NCBI GenBank assembly: GCA_048882045.1 | Contig: JBHLRZ010000020.1 | Location: 1-63,021, forward strand | Length of the DNA stretch: 63,021 nt | Direction of reading: 5' to 3' | From: Candidatus Thorarchaeota archaeon | GTDB lineage: Archaea > Asgardarchaeota > Thorarchaeia > Thorarchaeales > Thorarchaeaceae | In this document: positions 9,557-17,946 of the stretch, one piece after another | How positions within the stretch are numbered: position 1 is the stretch's first letter | Layout of the letters: each line of letters starts with the position of its first letter | Notes under the pieces: generated by a model | The model's database searches: none | Told to the model about the DNA's origin: nothing | Seen by the model: only the letters and a program-made list of their open reading frames with translations | Program-made: the position numbers and the translations under genes

Positions 9557-10426
9557 GTGAACTGTATGCAATTACCAATGATCATCGTTCATGGTGGTGC
9601 AGGCAACTGGAAAGATGAAAGGATTCCTGTAGGAATCGAATATGTAGAGAAGGCCGCCCTTGCAGGATTCAAGGTTCTTGAGGAGGGTGGGTCCGCTCTA
9701 GACTCAGCAGAAGTGTGTACAGCCTTCATGGAGAGCTGTGGTCAACTAAATGCAGGTCGAGGGGCATACAAGAATTTGGATGGCGAGATTGAATTGGATG
9801 CACTAATCATCGACGGAAGTACTCTTGACTTTGGAGCAGTTGGTGCAATCACAGGAATCGTTAATCCAGTTTCACTGGCTAGGTATATCATGGAGAAGAC
9901 GGACTACAAGTTCTTTGCGGGGAACAATGCGAAGAGAGTCTATGACCAGATGATCGCAGAGGGATATAGAATTGAGGATAGGGAGGGAAGCATCAAACCA
10001 GCGAATGGTCCTTCAGGAGATACTGTTGGTTGCATTACGGTTGACGGAAAAGGAAACTTAGCAGCCACTTCTTCAACAGGTGGAATAAAGAACAAACTTC
10101 CGGGACGGGTTGGTGACAGCCCAGTCATGGGTGCGGGGGCTTATGCCAATGATGTCTGTGCAGCTAGCGCGACAGGCTGGGGGGAGCATATCATTCGCGT
10201 TGTCTTAAGTCGAATGACTGTCTTGTACGTTGAGCAAGGACTGGATGCGTTAGCAGCTGCAAAGAAAGGAATCGCAATGTTCGAGGAGAAGACAGGTAGC
10301 GAAGCAGGGATAATTGTAGCTGACAAATTCGGTAACTTTGGCCACGCCCATAACACGAAAGCGATGCCAATAGCAGTGATTTCAGGAGATCAGAGCAGTA
10401 TTTTCTCTCATTCTTGCCAAGATTGA
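9557..10426 (+). CDS. iaaA: Isoaspartyl peptidase / L-asparaginase (Ntn hydrolase)
   Basis: IIVHGGAG, GDTVG autocleavage Thr, STGG, GRVGDSP. Confidence 0.9.
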   Translation: MNCMQLPMIIVHGGAGNWKDERIPVGIEYVEKAALAGFKVLEEGGSALDSAEVCTAFMESCGQLNAGRGAYKNLDGEIELDALIIDGSTLDFGAVGAITGIVNPVSLARYIMEKTDYKFFAGNNAKRVYDQMIAEGYRIEDREGSIKPANGPSGDTVGCITVDGKGNLAATSSTGGIKNKLPGRVGDSPVMGAGAYANDVCAASATGWGEHIIRVVLSRMTVLYVEQGLDALAAAKKGIAMFEEKTGSEAGIIVADKFGNFGHAHNTKAMPIAVISGDQSSIFSHSCQD

Positions 10427-10542
10427 GCTTTTTCTTGCATCCGCCCAAATTCTTGCGCAGAAAATACTCTAAATAAATTCTTGCAATTTCGCCGCTGTGA
10501 AACGACCCCTTATATTCAATTAAGTTGTGGTTTTTCTTGCGT

Positions 10543-10681
10543 GGTTAGGCCTTCTAACCTCGACCCGGAACAGGTGCATAGGAATCTTTACGCATTGAAG
10601 CTCACAATCCACTTAGCTTTCTCAATTTCAATGCCATGGCCCCCTGGGGCTCATCTCGTGTTTAATGGACCTGTTCCGGGT
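10543..10681. ncRNA. Candidate structured ncRNA or MITE-like element
   Basis: 16/17 inverted repeat (10563-10579 / 10665-10681) enclosing two internal stems, plus a 5' hairpin; TTATAT TATA-like box at 10510. Confidence 0.4.
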
Positions 10682-10826
10682 TTCCCCTTAACTATACGCA
10701 CAATCCTTCAGTGATTATCCAGATATATTGTAATGACAAAATAGTGCAGAAATTTGCAATGAGTTCGTAAGCTTTTTCACACATTGTTCTCTACAGGTTA
10801 TAGCTATTACCAAAAGGTGAAGCCAT

Positions 10827-12308
10827 TTGGAGCCGATTGGTACAATCACTAGTTATTTTCAGTTCTTAGACGAAGAAACGATTGCCATTGTTAAATCATT
10901 GACAGAATCAGCAATTAACTACATGTCATTCATAGATGATCTAGTGGAGGTTGTGTGTCATGATGACCCCAGTCCTGCTCTGAGATACTTTGCATTGATA
11001 CAATCACTTACTGTTTTCAACTATGAGAATCTATCCAAGATGCGAAACATCTTTGACGATGACATTGCGATAGAGGTGTTGTCTTTTTGGTCCGAAAGAT
11101 CTGGCTTTACGGCAGATGGGAAATCGGATTTCATCCGTAGTATTGAAGAAGCTATCTCAACACAACTTGAACCATGGATTGCTATTGTCATTTTACTTTA
11201 TGCTGGAAGTGCAAGCATCCTATTTCCTGATTTCACCATATATCTGGACAAAGCTAGGGTGATGATAGAAAGCAATGAGAAGCTTCAATTTTTCAAAGGA
11301 TACCTCCATCTCCTCCAAGGAAATGTTTTGCATCAGGAAGGCAATCTTGAGGGAGCAGAACAAGAATTCGAGGATGGTTTTGCTAACTCAAAGGAATTCA
11401 ACAACCTGTATCTAAAAGCCAGACTCCTTTTTCGTCATGGCAACAATCTCAAAAATAGGAATACCCATGTGGCTTTGGAGAAATTGGAAGAAGGCTATAG
11501 ACTAAGTCTAGAACTTGGTGATGGTGAGTTTGCTAAGGTCATTTTGAATTCTATGGGTTTAGTCTATACAATTCTTGGGGAATATGATTTGGCATTGGAG
11601 GCTCAACTTGGATGTCTCGAGGGAGATGATTCTGAACCTAGTCTAACTCTTTCGTTTGTGCTAGCTCGGACTTTTTGCGATCTTAACAGAGGTAAGGATG
11701 CCCTTGAATGGATCCAATGGGGAGAATCCTCTCTGGGTGATGACTGGCCATCAATATCCTGGCATCTAGCAAAAGCACAAAGTCTAACTCAATTGAATAG
11801 AACTGACGAAGCAACCTCTATCTTGGACTCGATACGGGAAAAGGTATTGAAGAGCGGTTCAGATGTAGTGATGGCAGACTACTATTTTGTGCAAGGCAAT
11901 TATCATATGGCCATCAACGATATCGACTTAGCTTTTGAATATCTTGAGAAATCCTTGGAAATTTACGAAACAATCGGGATTGAAATTTTCATCAACCGAT
12001 GTTTATTAGCTCTCACAAGAGCTGAGATAGCCCAAGCTGCAAGAACGAAAGTAGGCGCAGATCCTGAATCGTCTGGTCGGTGGATGTCCAAGCTGAAGAC
12101 ACATGCTGAAAAAAAGAACTATCCAGGTATAAGGATGCAACATGCTCTATTGAAAGCTGAATATCAAAGTATAATGGATGATTATGAATCATCACGAGAA
12201 ACACTTGTAGCAGCTCTCAAAATCTATGAATCACTCAGTGTAAAGTCTCTAAGGAAGAAAATCCAGGATAGAATTACTGAGATTGATAGTTCAATAACAA
12301 CAATTTAG
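10827..12308 (+). CDS. TPR-repeat protein
   Basis: Repeated helical TPR-like motifs (LNSMGLVYTILGEYDLALE; QGNYHMAINDIDLAFEYLEKSLEI). Confidence 0.8.
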   Translation: MEPIGTITSYFQFLDEETIAIVKSLTESAINYMSFIDDLVEVVCHDDPSPALRYFALIQSLTVFNYENLSKMRNIFDDDIAIEVLSFWSERSGFTADGKSDFIRSIEEAISTQLEPWIAIVILLYAGSASILFPDFTIYLDKARVMIESNEKLQFFKGYLHLLQGNVLHQEGNLEGAEQEFEDGFANSKEFNNLYLKARLLFRHGNNLKNRNTHVALEKLEEGYRLSLELGDGEFAKVILNSMGLVYTILGEYDLALEAQLGCLEGDDSEPSLTLSFVLARTFCDLNRGKDALEWIQWGESSLGDDWPSISWHLAKAQSLTQLNRTDEATSILDSIREKVLKSGSDVVMADYYFVQGNYHMAINDIDLAFEYLEKSLEIYETIGIEIFINRCLLALTRAEIAQAARTKVGADPESSGRWMSKLKTHAEKKNYPGIRMQHALLKAEYQSIMDDYESSRETLVAALKIYESLSVKSLRKKIQDRITEIDSSITTI

Positions 12309-12356
12309 TGTTCTTTCCTCAGCCAATACTGCAAGTTTTTATTATTGGATCTAATT

Positions 12357-12812
12357 CTAGACGTAGCTGCTGCTGGATGGTCCTCCACCTATCAACTGCT
12401 CAAGGACAATGTCATATTGGTCATAGGGACGAAGGCCTGGAAGTTTGCCAATAGGTTTGCCATCTTTGAAGGCAATGATCATTGGGACTGATTGGACTCC
12501 AAATTGCACAGTAGTTCGTCGGTTCACATCTATGTCGATTCTACCAAAGTAGACCTTGCCTGCATAGTCTTTCGCAAGTTCTGCAAGGATGGGAGCCAGG
12601 GTCTTACACGGGCTGCACCACTTTCCGTAGAATTCAACAATCGCAAACTTGGTCTTGGAAATGCTTTCCCAAAAAGTAGTGTCATAGAGCTCGTTAACTA
12701 ATCCGTTTGACATCGGTTCGAGAGGTTTGGGTTTCTCTGCTTCCTTTGCCCTCTCCATGAGAATCTGCATCTTTCTTCTTCGAATCTCTTCGAGTTCTTC
12801 ATCATTAAGCAT
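12357..12812 (-). CDS. trxA: Thioredoxin with N-terminal charged helix
   Basis: WCSPC active site, VQSVP cis-Pro loop. Confidence 0.9.
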   Translation of the reverse strand: MLNDEELEEIRRRKMQILMERAKEAEKPKPLEPMSNGLVNELYDTTFWESISKTKFAIVEFYGKWCSPCKTLAPILAELAKDYAGKVYFGRIDIDVNRRTTVQFGVQSVPMIIAFKDGKPIGKLPGLRPYDQYDIVLEQLIGGGPSSSSYV

Positions 12813-12933
12813 GCAAACACCCTAATCGATTGTGCATCTTGGTTGCACAACCGCTTATGAATAATTCGGTAGGTGATGTACTCAGTTGGGTCGGTTTATA
12901 TCGAGGAGGTGTTTTACTGAGACGTGATTATCT

Positions 12934-13857
12934 GTGACTGAAGATAGGACCAAAAATCCACTTAGATACTATGGAATGCTTATTATAGCGATGGCATTCT
13001 GGGGAGGTTCTTGGCCATCCGCCAAAGTCACAGTCGCAATAGCTCCCCCTATGACGATAGGTTTCTTTCGCTTTCTCATTGGAGGTTTCTTGTTCCTCGG
13101 CCTGCTCTTTGTTACAGAAAAAGAACCTACCAGGATTTTCAGACGCTCCAACTTTCGTATATTGTCTATTATTGCTCTGACTGGTGTATTTGGATATGGA
13201 GTGCTTTTCCTCACAGGAATGAGATTCACAACAGCTGCACAGGGAGCTATCATCGCAGGCTTTAATCCAGCGACAGTAAGTATTGTCGCACACATAGTTC
13301 ACAAGGAAAGGCTTGCGCGAAAATGGCAATATATCGGATTCTTACTTGCATTCGCTGGTGTTGTATTCGTTGTTGGAGTTCAAGCTTTACTCGACTTCCA
13401 ATTAGACTACCTGATTGGAAACATCATAATCCTGGGTGCAATGTTCACATGGGGTCTCTATTCATCAGCAGGGAAAGAGGGGATGAAGACACTATCTCCC
13501 CTTGAGATCAATGCTGGTGGTGCACTGATTGGTGCTTTTCTATTTGGGATGGGAGCGATGACTGAGGAGATCTGGTTGCTCCCAGCTCTTGGAGATTGGG
13601 TCTTCTGGATCAACGTCTTCTATCTCGGAGGTTGTGTTACCTTCATTGGATTCTTATTCTATTTTATTGGAATCAAGGAACTCGGAGCGACTAGAGCAGG
13701 TGGATTCATCAATCTGGTTCCTGTATTTGGGACAATCTTCTCAGTTCTTCTGTTGAGTGAGGATATCTACTGGACATTCTCCGTGGGACTAGCACTAGTC
13801 ATTAGCGGTATCTTTCTCATTAACTTTCCAGAAAAGGACATGACGCAACAGAAATAA
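12934..13857 (+). CDS. DMT/EamA family transporter
   Basis: 10 TM, FWG..W...K, duplicated EamA halves, NLVPVF. Confidence 0.9.
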   Translation: MTEDRTKNPLRYYGMLIIAMAFWGGSWPSAKVTVAIAPPMTIGFFRFLIGGFLFLGLLFVTEKEPTRIFRRSNFRILSIIALTGVFGYGVLFLTGMRFTTAAQGAIIAGFNPATVSIVAHIVHKERLARKWQYIGFLLAFAGVVFVVGVQALLDFQLDYLIGNIIILGAMFTWGLYSSAGKEGMKTLSPLEINAGGALIGAFLFGMGAMTEEIWLLPALGDWVFWINVFYLGGCVTFIGFLFYFIGIKELGATRAGGFINLVPVFGTIFSVLLLSEDIYWTFSVGLALVISGIFLINFPEKDMTQQK

Positions 13858-13880
13858 CGGGGTTATTTTGCTCAGGGCTT

Positions 13881-15407
13881 GTGACTGAGATGTCTGAGGC
13901 TTATGACGAACTTGTATCCAAGATGAAGGAATTCATCCTTTTAGGAAATGTGATGAGTATTGTAAATTGGGACTTGGAAACTTACATGCCGCCAAAAGGG
14001 ATCATGCAAAGAAGTGAACAAAGAGCTCAGCTTGGAAAGATGCTCCATAGGATGATTACTGATCCGAAAATTGGGAAGCTTCTTGAGGAGACTGAGAAAA
14101 AGTCCAATGATTTGAATGAGGTTCAGAATCGAAATGTGTTCATAGTCCGGAGAGAGTATGACAAAAGAACGAAGATTCCAGAGGACCTCGTGGCAAAAAT
14201 AGCCAGGCAAGGGGCTATCTCTTTAGAAACCTGGAAAAAGGCCAAGGCAGCCAATGATTGGAAGATGTTCAAACCAGAGCTTCAGAAGATGGTCGATCTC
14301 AGCCGAGAACGAGCTGAGATCGAAGCAAAAGTGAAAGGGATTCCTATTGTCTATGACAGTATGCTTGACGACTTCGAGCGAGGTTTGACATCTGAACAGG
14401 TTTCAAAGGTTTTCAGTGAGTTAAGAAACCGTCTTGTCCCTCTTGCTGAGAAATGTGCAGATTCCTCAAAAGATCTTGACAGTTCTTTCTTGGACAGGAA
14501 GGTTCCAGTTGACATTCAGAGGAAAATTGCGACAGACTTGTCAAACTTGATCGCCTATGATACAATTACTGAACAAGCTGGTGGACGTATAGATGAAGTA
14601 GAACACCCATTCACTACCGGGTACTATGATGACGTTCGAATCACAGTCAAATATCATGAAGATGATGTATCCTCTGCCATCTATGCCATTCTACATGAGG
14701 GAGGTCATGCATTATACGAACAGAATCTGAATCAGGAATGGAAGTACACTCCGGTTGGTAATAGTGCATCTTATGGCATCCATGAGTCACAATCCAGATT
14801 CGTCGAAAATATGATTGGGAGGTCTCCTGAGTTTCTGAAGTTCTATCTTCCCAAACTGAATGATTTCACTGGTGGCACTTTCTCTGACATCGATGATTCT
14901 ACATTCATCAAAGCTATGAACATCGTTGAACCCTCACTAATTCGAATTGAGGCTGACGAAGTTACATACTCTTTACACATCATTATCAGGTTTGAGATTG
15001 AGCGCGACCTCTTCTCAGGCAAAATAACGGTCTCAGAGCTTCCGCAGCTCTGGAATGAGAAATACAAAGAGTATCTTGGTGTTGATGTACCGGATGATAC
15101 GAATGGTGTACTTCAAGACACCCACTGGGCAAGCGGATATTATGGATATTTCCCAAGCTATGCACTTGGTAACATCTATGATGGCATGTTTCTGTCGAAA
15201 CTAAACAAGGATGTTCCAGACTGGCTCAACAAGGTAGAGAAAGGAGATCTACTACAATCCATTGATTGGATGTCGAAAAACGTACACGGTCTATCAGCGC
15301 TGTACGATCCTGCAGACCTTATGGAGAAGGTTACTGGTAACAGGTTGACAGCAAAGCCCTTCCTTGACTACCTAGAGAAAAAGTATTCAGCCATCTTTGG
15401 ATTCTAG
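13881..15407 (+). CDS. Carboxypeptidase M32
   Basis: HPF, HEGGH, HESQS, IR.EADE, QD.HW, GYFPSY.LG. Confidence 0.95.
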   Translation: MTEMSEAYDELVSKMKEFILLGNVMSIVNWDLETYMPPKGIMQRSEQRAQLGKMLHRMITDPKIGKLLEETEKKSNDLNEVQNRNVFIVRREYDKRTKIPEDLVAKIARQGAISLETWKKAKAANDWKMFKPELQKMVDLSRERAEIEAKVKGIPIVYDSMLDDFERGLTSEQVSKVFSELRNRLVPLAEKCADSSKDLDSSFLDRKVPVDIQRKIATDLSNLIAYDTITEQAGGRIDEVEHPFTTGYYDDVRITVKYHEDDVSSAIYAILHEGGHALYEQNLNQEWKYTPVGNSASYGIHESQSRFVENMIGRSPEFLKFYLPKLNDFTGGTFSDIDDSTFIKAMNIVEPSLIRIEADEVTYSLHIIIRFEIERDLFSGKITVSELPQLWNEKYKEYLGVDVPDDTNGVLQDTHWASGYYGYFPSYALGNIYDGMFLSKLNKDVPDWLNKVEKGDLLQSIDWMSKNVHGLSALYDPADLMEKVTGNRLTAKPFLDYLEKKYSAIFGF

Positions 15408-15469
15408 TGCAGAGTCTCCAAAACAGTCAAATCAAGGTTTCAGCTCCAGAATCCTAGCGCGAGATTACT

Positions 15470-16993
15470 GTGGGGACCGTAATCATGGAGCTGTACGAAA
15501 GACTGAGGGAGACTACAAGGGAGATTCAACTTCTTTCAGCCTCCTATTCCGTTCTACAGTGGGATATGCAGACATACATGCCACCAGGGGCTCTCAAACA
15601 ACGCACAGAACAACATGCGTTCATCAGGCTTATGATACATAGGATGCTAACTGATGGAGAAAGAGTTTCCTTAATTGAGAATCTAGAGATATCTGATGAA
15701 CTAAATCCTGAACAAAGACGAGAAGTGTTTCTTGCACGGAGATGGCTTAATCAATACATCACAGTACCAGAAGATTTAGTTAAAGCTGAGGCCAAACAAC
15801 GTGTCTTGGCAACTCGATCATGGAATATTGCTAAGAAGGCGAATAACTGGAAACTGTTTGAGTCAGATCTTATTCCGCTTCTTGAAATTTCGAAACGAAA
15901 AGCGGAACATATGATGAAGGGAATCGAAACCACTACACCCTATGACGCTTTATTGGATGCTACAGAACCTGGGCTCACAACCGTTCAAGTTGAGAAGTTG
16001 TTCAATGAACTTAGAAAAAAGTTAGTTCCTCTAGTCCAGCTTTATTCTGAGTTGAGTAAAGAAGTTAGAATGGACTTTGTATCTAGAAATGTACCTGTGA
16101 TGGAGCAGAAAAGACTAGCCACTGACTTGGCCAGTATTGTAGGATTTGACACAACTTCTGATAATGCTATTGGGCGAATTGATGAGGTAGAACATCCGTT
16201 TTCTTCAGGCTATTATGATGATGTCCGATTGAATGTCAAGTATGTAGAGAATGAACTTATGGGCACAATCTTTGGAACTTTACACGAGGCTGGCCATTGC
16301 TTATACAAAATGAATAAGAATCCCAAGTGGAAGTGGATGGGTCTTGGGGAGAATTGCAGTGCGGGAGTTAGTGAGTCTCAAGCAAGATTTGTGGAGAACA
16401 TTATTGGACGTTCCCCAGAATTCTGGGATTATTACTATCCTCGTTTTCAGGAGTGTACCTCTGAAGTGTTCAATGACATTTCACTAGAAGAATTCGTTCA
16501 ATCAATCAACATCGTAAAGCCAAGCAAGATTCGTGTACTGGCAGATGAGATGACGCACTCATTGCACATCATTATTCGTTTTGAGATTGAGCTAGACCTC
16601 TTCAATGACAAAATTCAAGTTTCAGATATTCCAGAAATCTGGAATGACAAGTATCAGGAGTATCTTGGAATCACAATTGAAAACGACTCCGAAGGAGCCT
16701 TGCAGGATACTCATTGGGCCTGGGCATATTGGGGTTATTTCCCGAACTACTGCCTAGGTAATCTCTACAACTCAATTTTGCTTGAACAGCTAGACAAAGA
16801 CATTCCTGATTGGCGAGATGAAATGACAAATGGGAGGTTGGATAGTCCTCTTGGATGGTTAAGAGAAAAGGTCCATCTTCCCTCAAATCGGTATGACGCT
16901 CCAGAACTGTTTGAACGCATTTGCGGGAAATCGTTGTCAGCGGAACCGTTCATTAAGTATCTTAAGGAAAAGTATTCATCCTTGTTCGGTTGA
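15470..16993 (+). CDS. Carboxypeptidase M32, tandem paralog
   Basis: HPF, HEAGH, SESQ, ADE, QDTHW, GYFPNY.LG. Confidence 0.93.
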   Translation: MGTVIMELYERLRETTREIQLLSASYSVLQWDMQTYMPPGALKQRTEQHAFIRLMIHRMLTDGERVSLIENLEISDELNPEQRREVFLARRWLNQYITVPEDLVKAEAKQRVLATRSWNIAKKANNWKLFESDLIPLLEISKRKAEHMMKGIETTTPYDALLDATEPGLTTVQVEKLFNELRKKLVPLVQLYSELSKEVRMDFVSRNVPVMEQKRLATDLASIVGFDTTSDNAIGRIDEVEHPFSSGYYDDVRLNVKYVENELMGTIFGTLHEAGHCLYKMNKNPKWKWMGLGENCSAGVSESQARFVENIIGRSPEFWDYYYPRFQECTSEVFNDISLEEFVQSINIVKPSKIRVLADEMTHSLHIIIRFEIELDLFNDKIQVSDIPEIWNDKYQEYLGITIENDSEGALQDTHWAWAYWGYFPNYCLGNLYNSILLEQLDKDIPDWRDEMTNGRLDSPLGWLREKVHLPSNRYDAPELFERICGKSLSAEPFIKYLKEKYSSLFG

Positions 16994-17018
16994 TTCCGGA
17001 ATGAGAGATGAATGATTC

Positions 17019-17900
17019 ATGATACCATACGAAGGTAGCATTTGGAGACCTCCGAGCGAAGCACGTAGTTTGATCCTTCAAGCCACGGTTGGGTGTTCTC
17101 ACAATGCATGTATCTTCTGTGTGTCGTACAAACGTAAAACCTATCGAGTCAGGGGCGCCAAAGAAATCCAAGCAGATCTTGTTTCTCTTCCAGAACATTA
17201 CAAGAAAATGACACGAAGGGTTTTCCTTGCCGATGGAAATGCTCTAGCAATGTCCTCAGAAGAACTGCTGGAAGTTTTGAAAGTCTTACACACTGAACTA
17301 CCTTCACTCGAGCGTGTAGGTGTCTATAGCTATGCTAGGGACGTACGGGATAAATCTGTTGAGGACCTGAAGGCTCTTTATTATGCTGGACTGGGAATTG
17401 TGTATCTTGGACTAGAAACAGGCGATGACGAGTTACTCCGTTGGGCCAGAAAGGGAGTCGATTCAACTGAAAACATAGCAGCCTGTAGAAAGATCAGGGA
17501 TGGTGGAATTCCTCTCTCGTTAACAATAATTTTGGGATTAGGGGGACTGGAAAATTCAGAGAAGCATGCGAAGGCAACAGCACAAGTTCTGAACGAGATT
17601 GATCCCGAATACGTGGGAGCTCTCACCCTAATGACCCCTCCAGGAACGAAGATACACGAACTTATCAAATCAGGAGAGTTCGAGCCTATGGATCCCATGG
17701 ATATATTGAGGGAACTGAGAATTTTAGTTGAGAATCTCGAACTGAGTAATTGTGTCTTCAGAACCAATCATGCATCAAACTATCTGCCTATTCGAGGGAC
17801 ATTAAACAGGGACAAAGATGCATTACTTCAAATCCTCAACAATACTATTTCGACTGATGACAAAAGTCAGCTCCGTCCGGGATATCTACGTGGACTCTAA
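17019..17900 (+). CDS. Radical SAM protein
   Basis: RPPSEA.SLILQAT.GCSHNACIFC; FRTNHASNYL. Confidence 0.9.
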   Translation: MIPYEGSIWRPPSEARSLILQATVGCSHNACIFCVSYKRKTYRVRGAKEIQADLVSLPEHYKKMTRRVFLADGNALAMSSEELLEVLKVLHTELPSLERVGVYSYARDVRDKSVEDLKALYYAGLGIVYLGLETGDDELLRWARKGVDSTENIAACRKIRDGGIPLSLTIILGLGGLENSEKHAKATAQVLNEIDPEYVGALTLMTPPGTKIHELIKSGEFEPMDPMDILRELRILVENLELSNCVFRTNHASNYLPIRGTLNRDKDALLQILNNTISTDDKSQLRPGYLRGL

Positions 17901-17940
17901 AAAAGAGAGAGGGGTGTGAGCTGATGCTCACACACTCATC
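17899..17940. terminator. Hairpin between convergent genes
   Basis: gtgtgagc-tgat-gctcacac stem with an adjacent purine run (pyrimidine run on the minus strand). Confidence 0.6.
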
Positions 17941-17946
17941 AATGTA

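Noticed and set aside
10540-10560. Resemblance of cgtggttagg to the start of a pistol ribozyme
   Set aside because: The downstream pairing and conserved core are not present; probably a coincidence.
10481-10714. 77-aa ORF over the structured element
   Set aside because: TTG start without a Shine-Dalgarno sequence and atypical composition; base pairing explains the region better.
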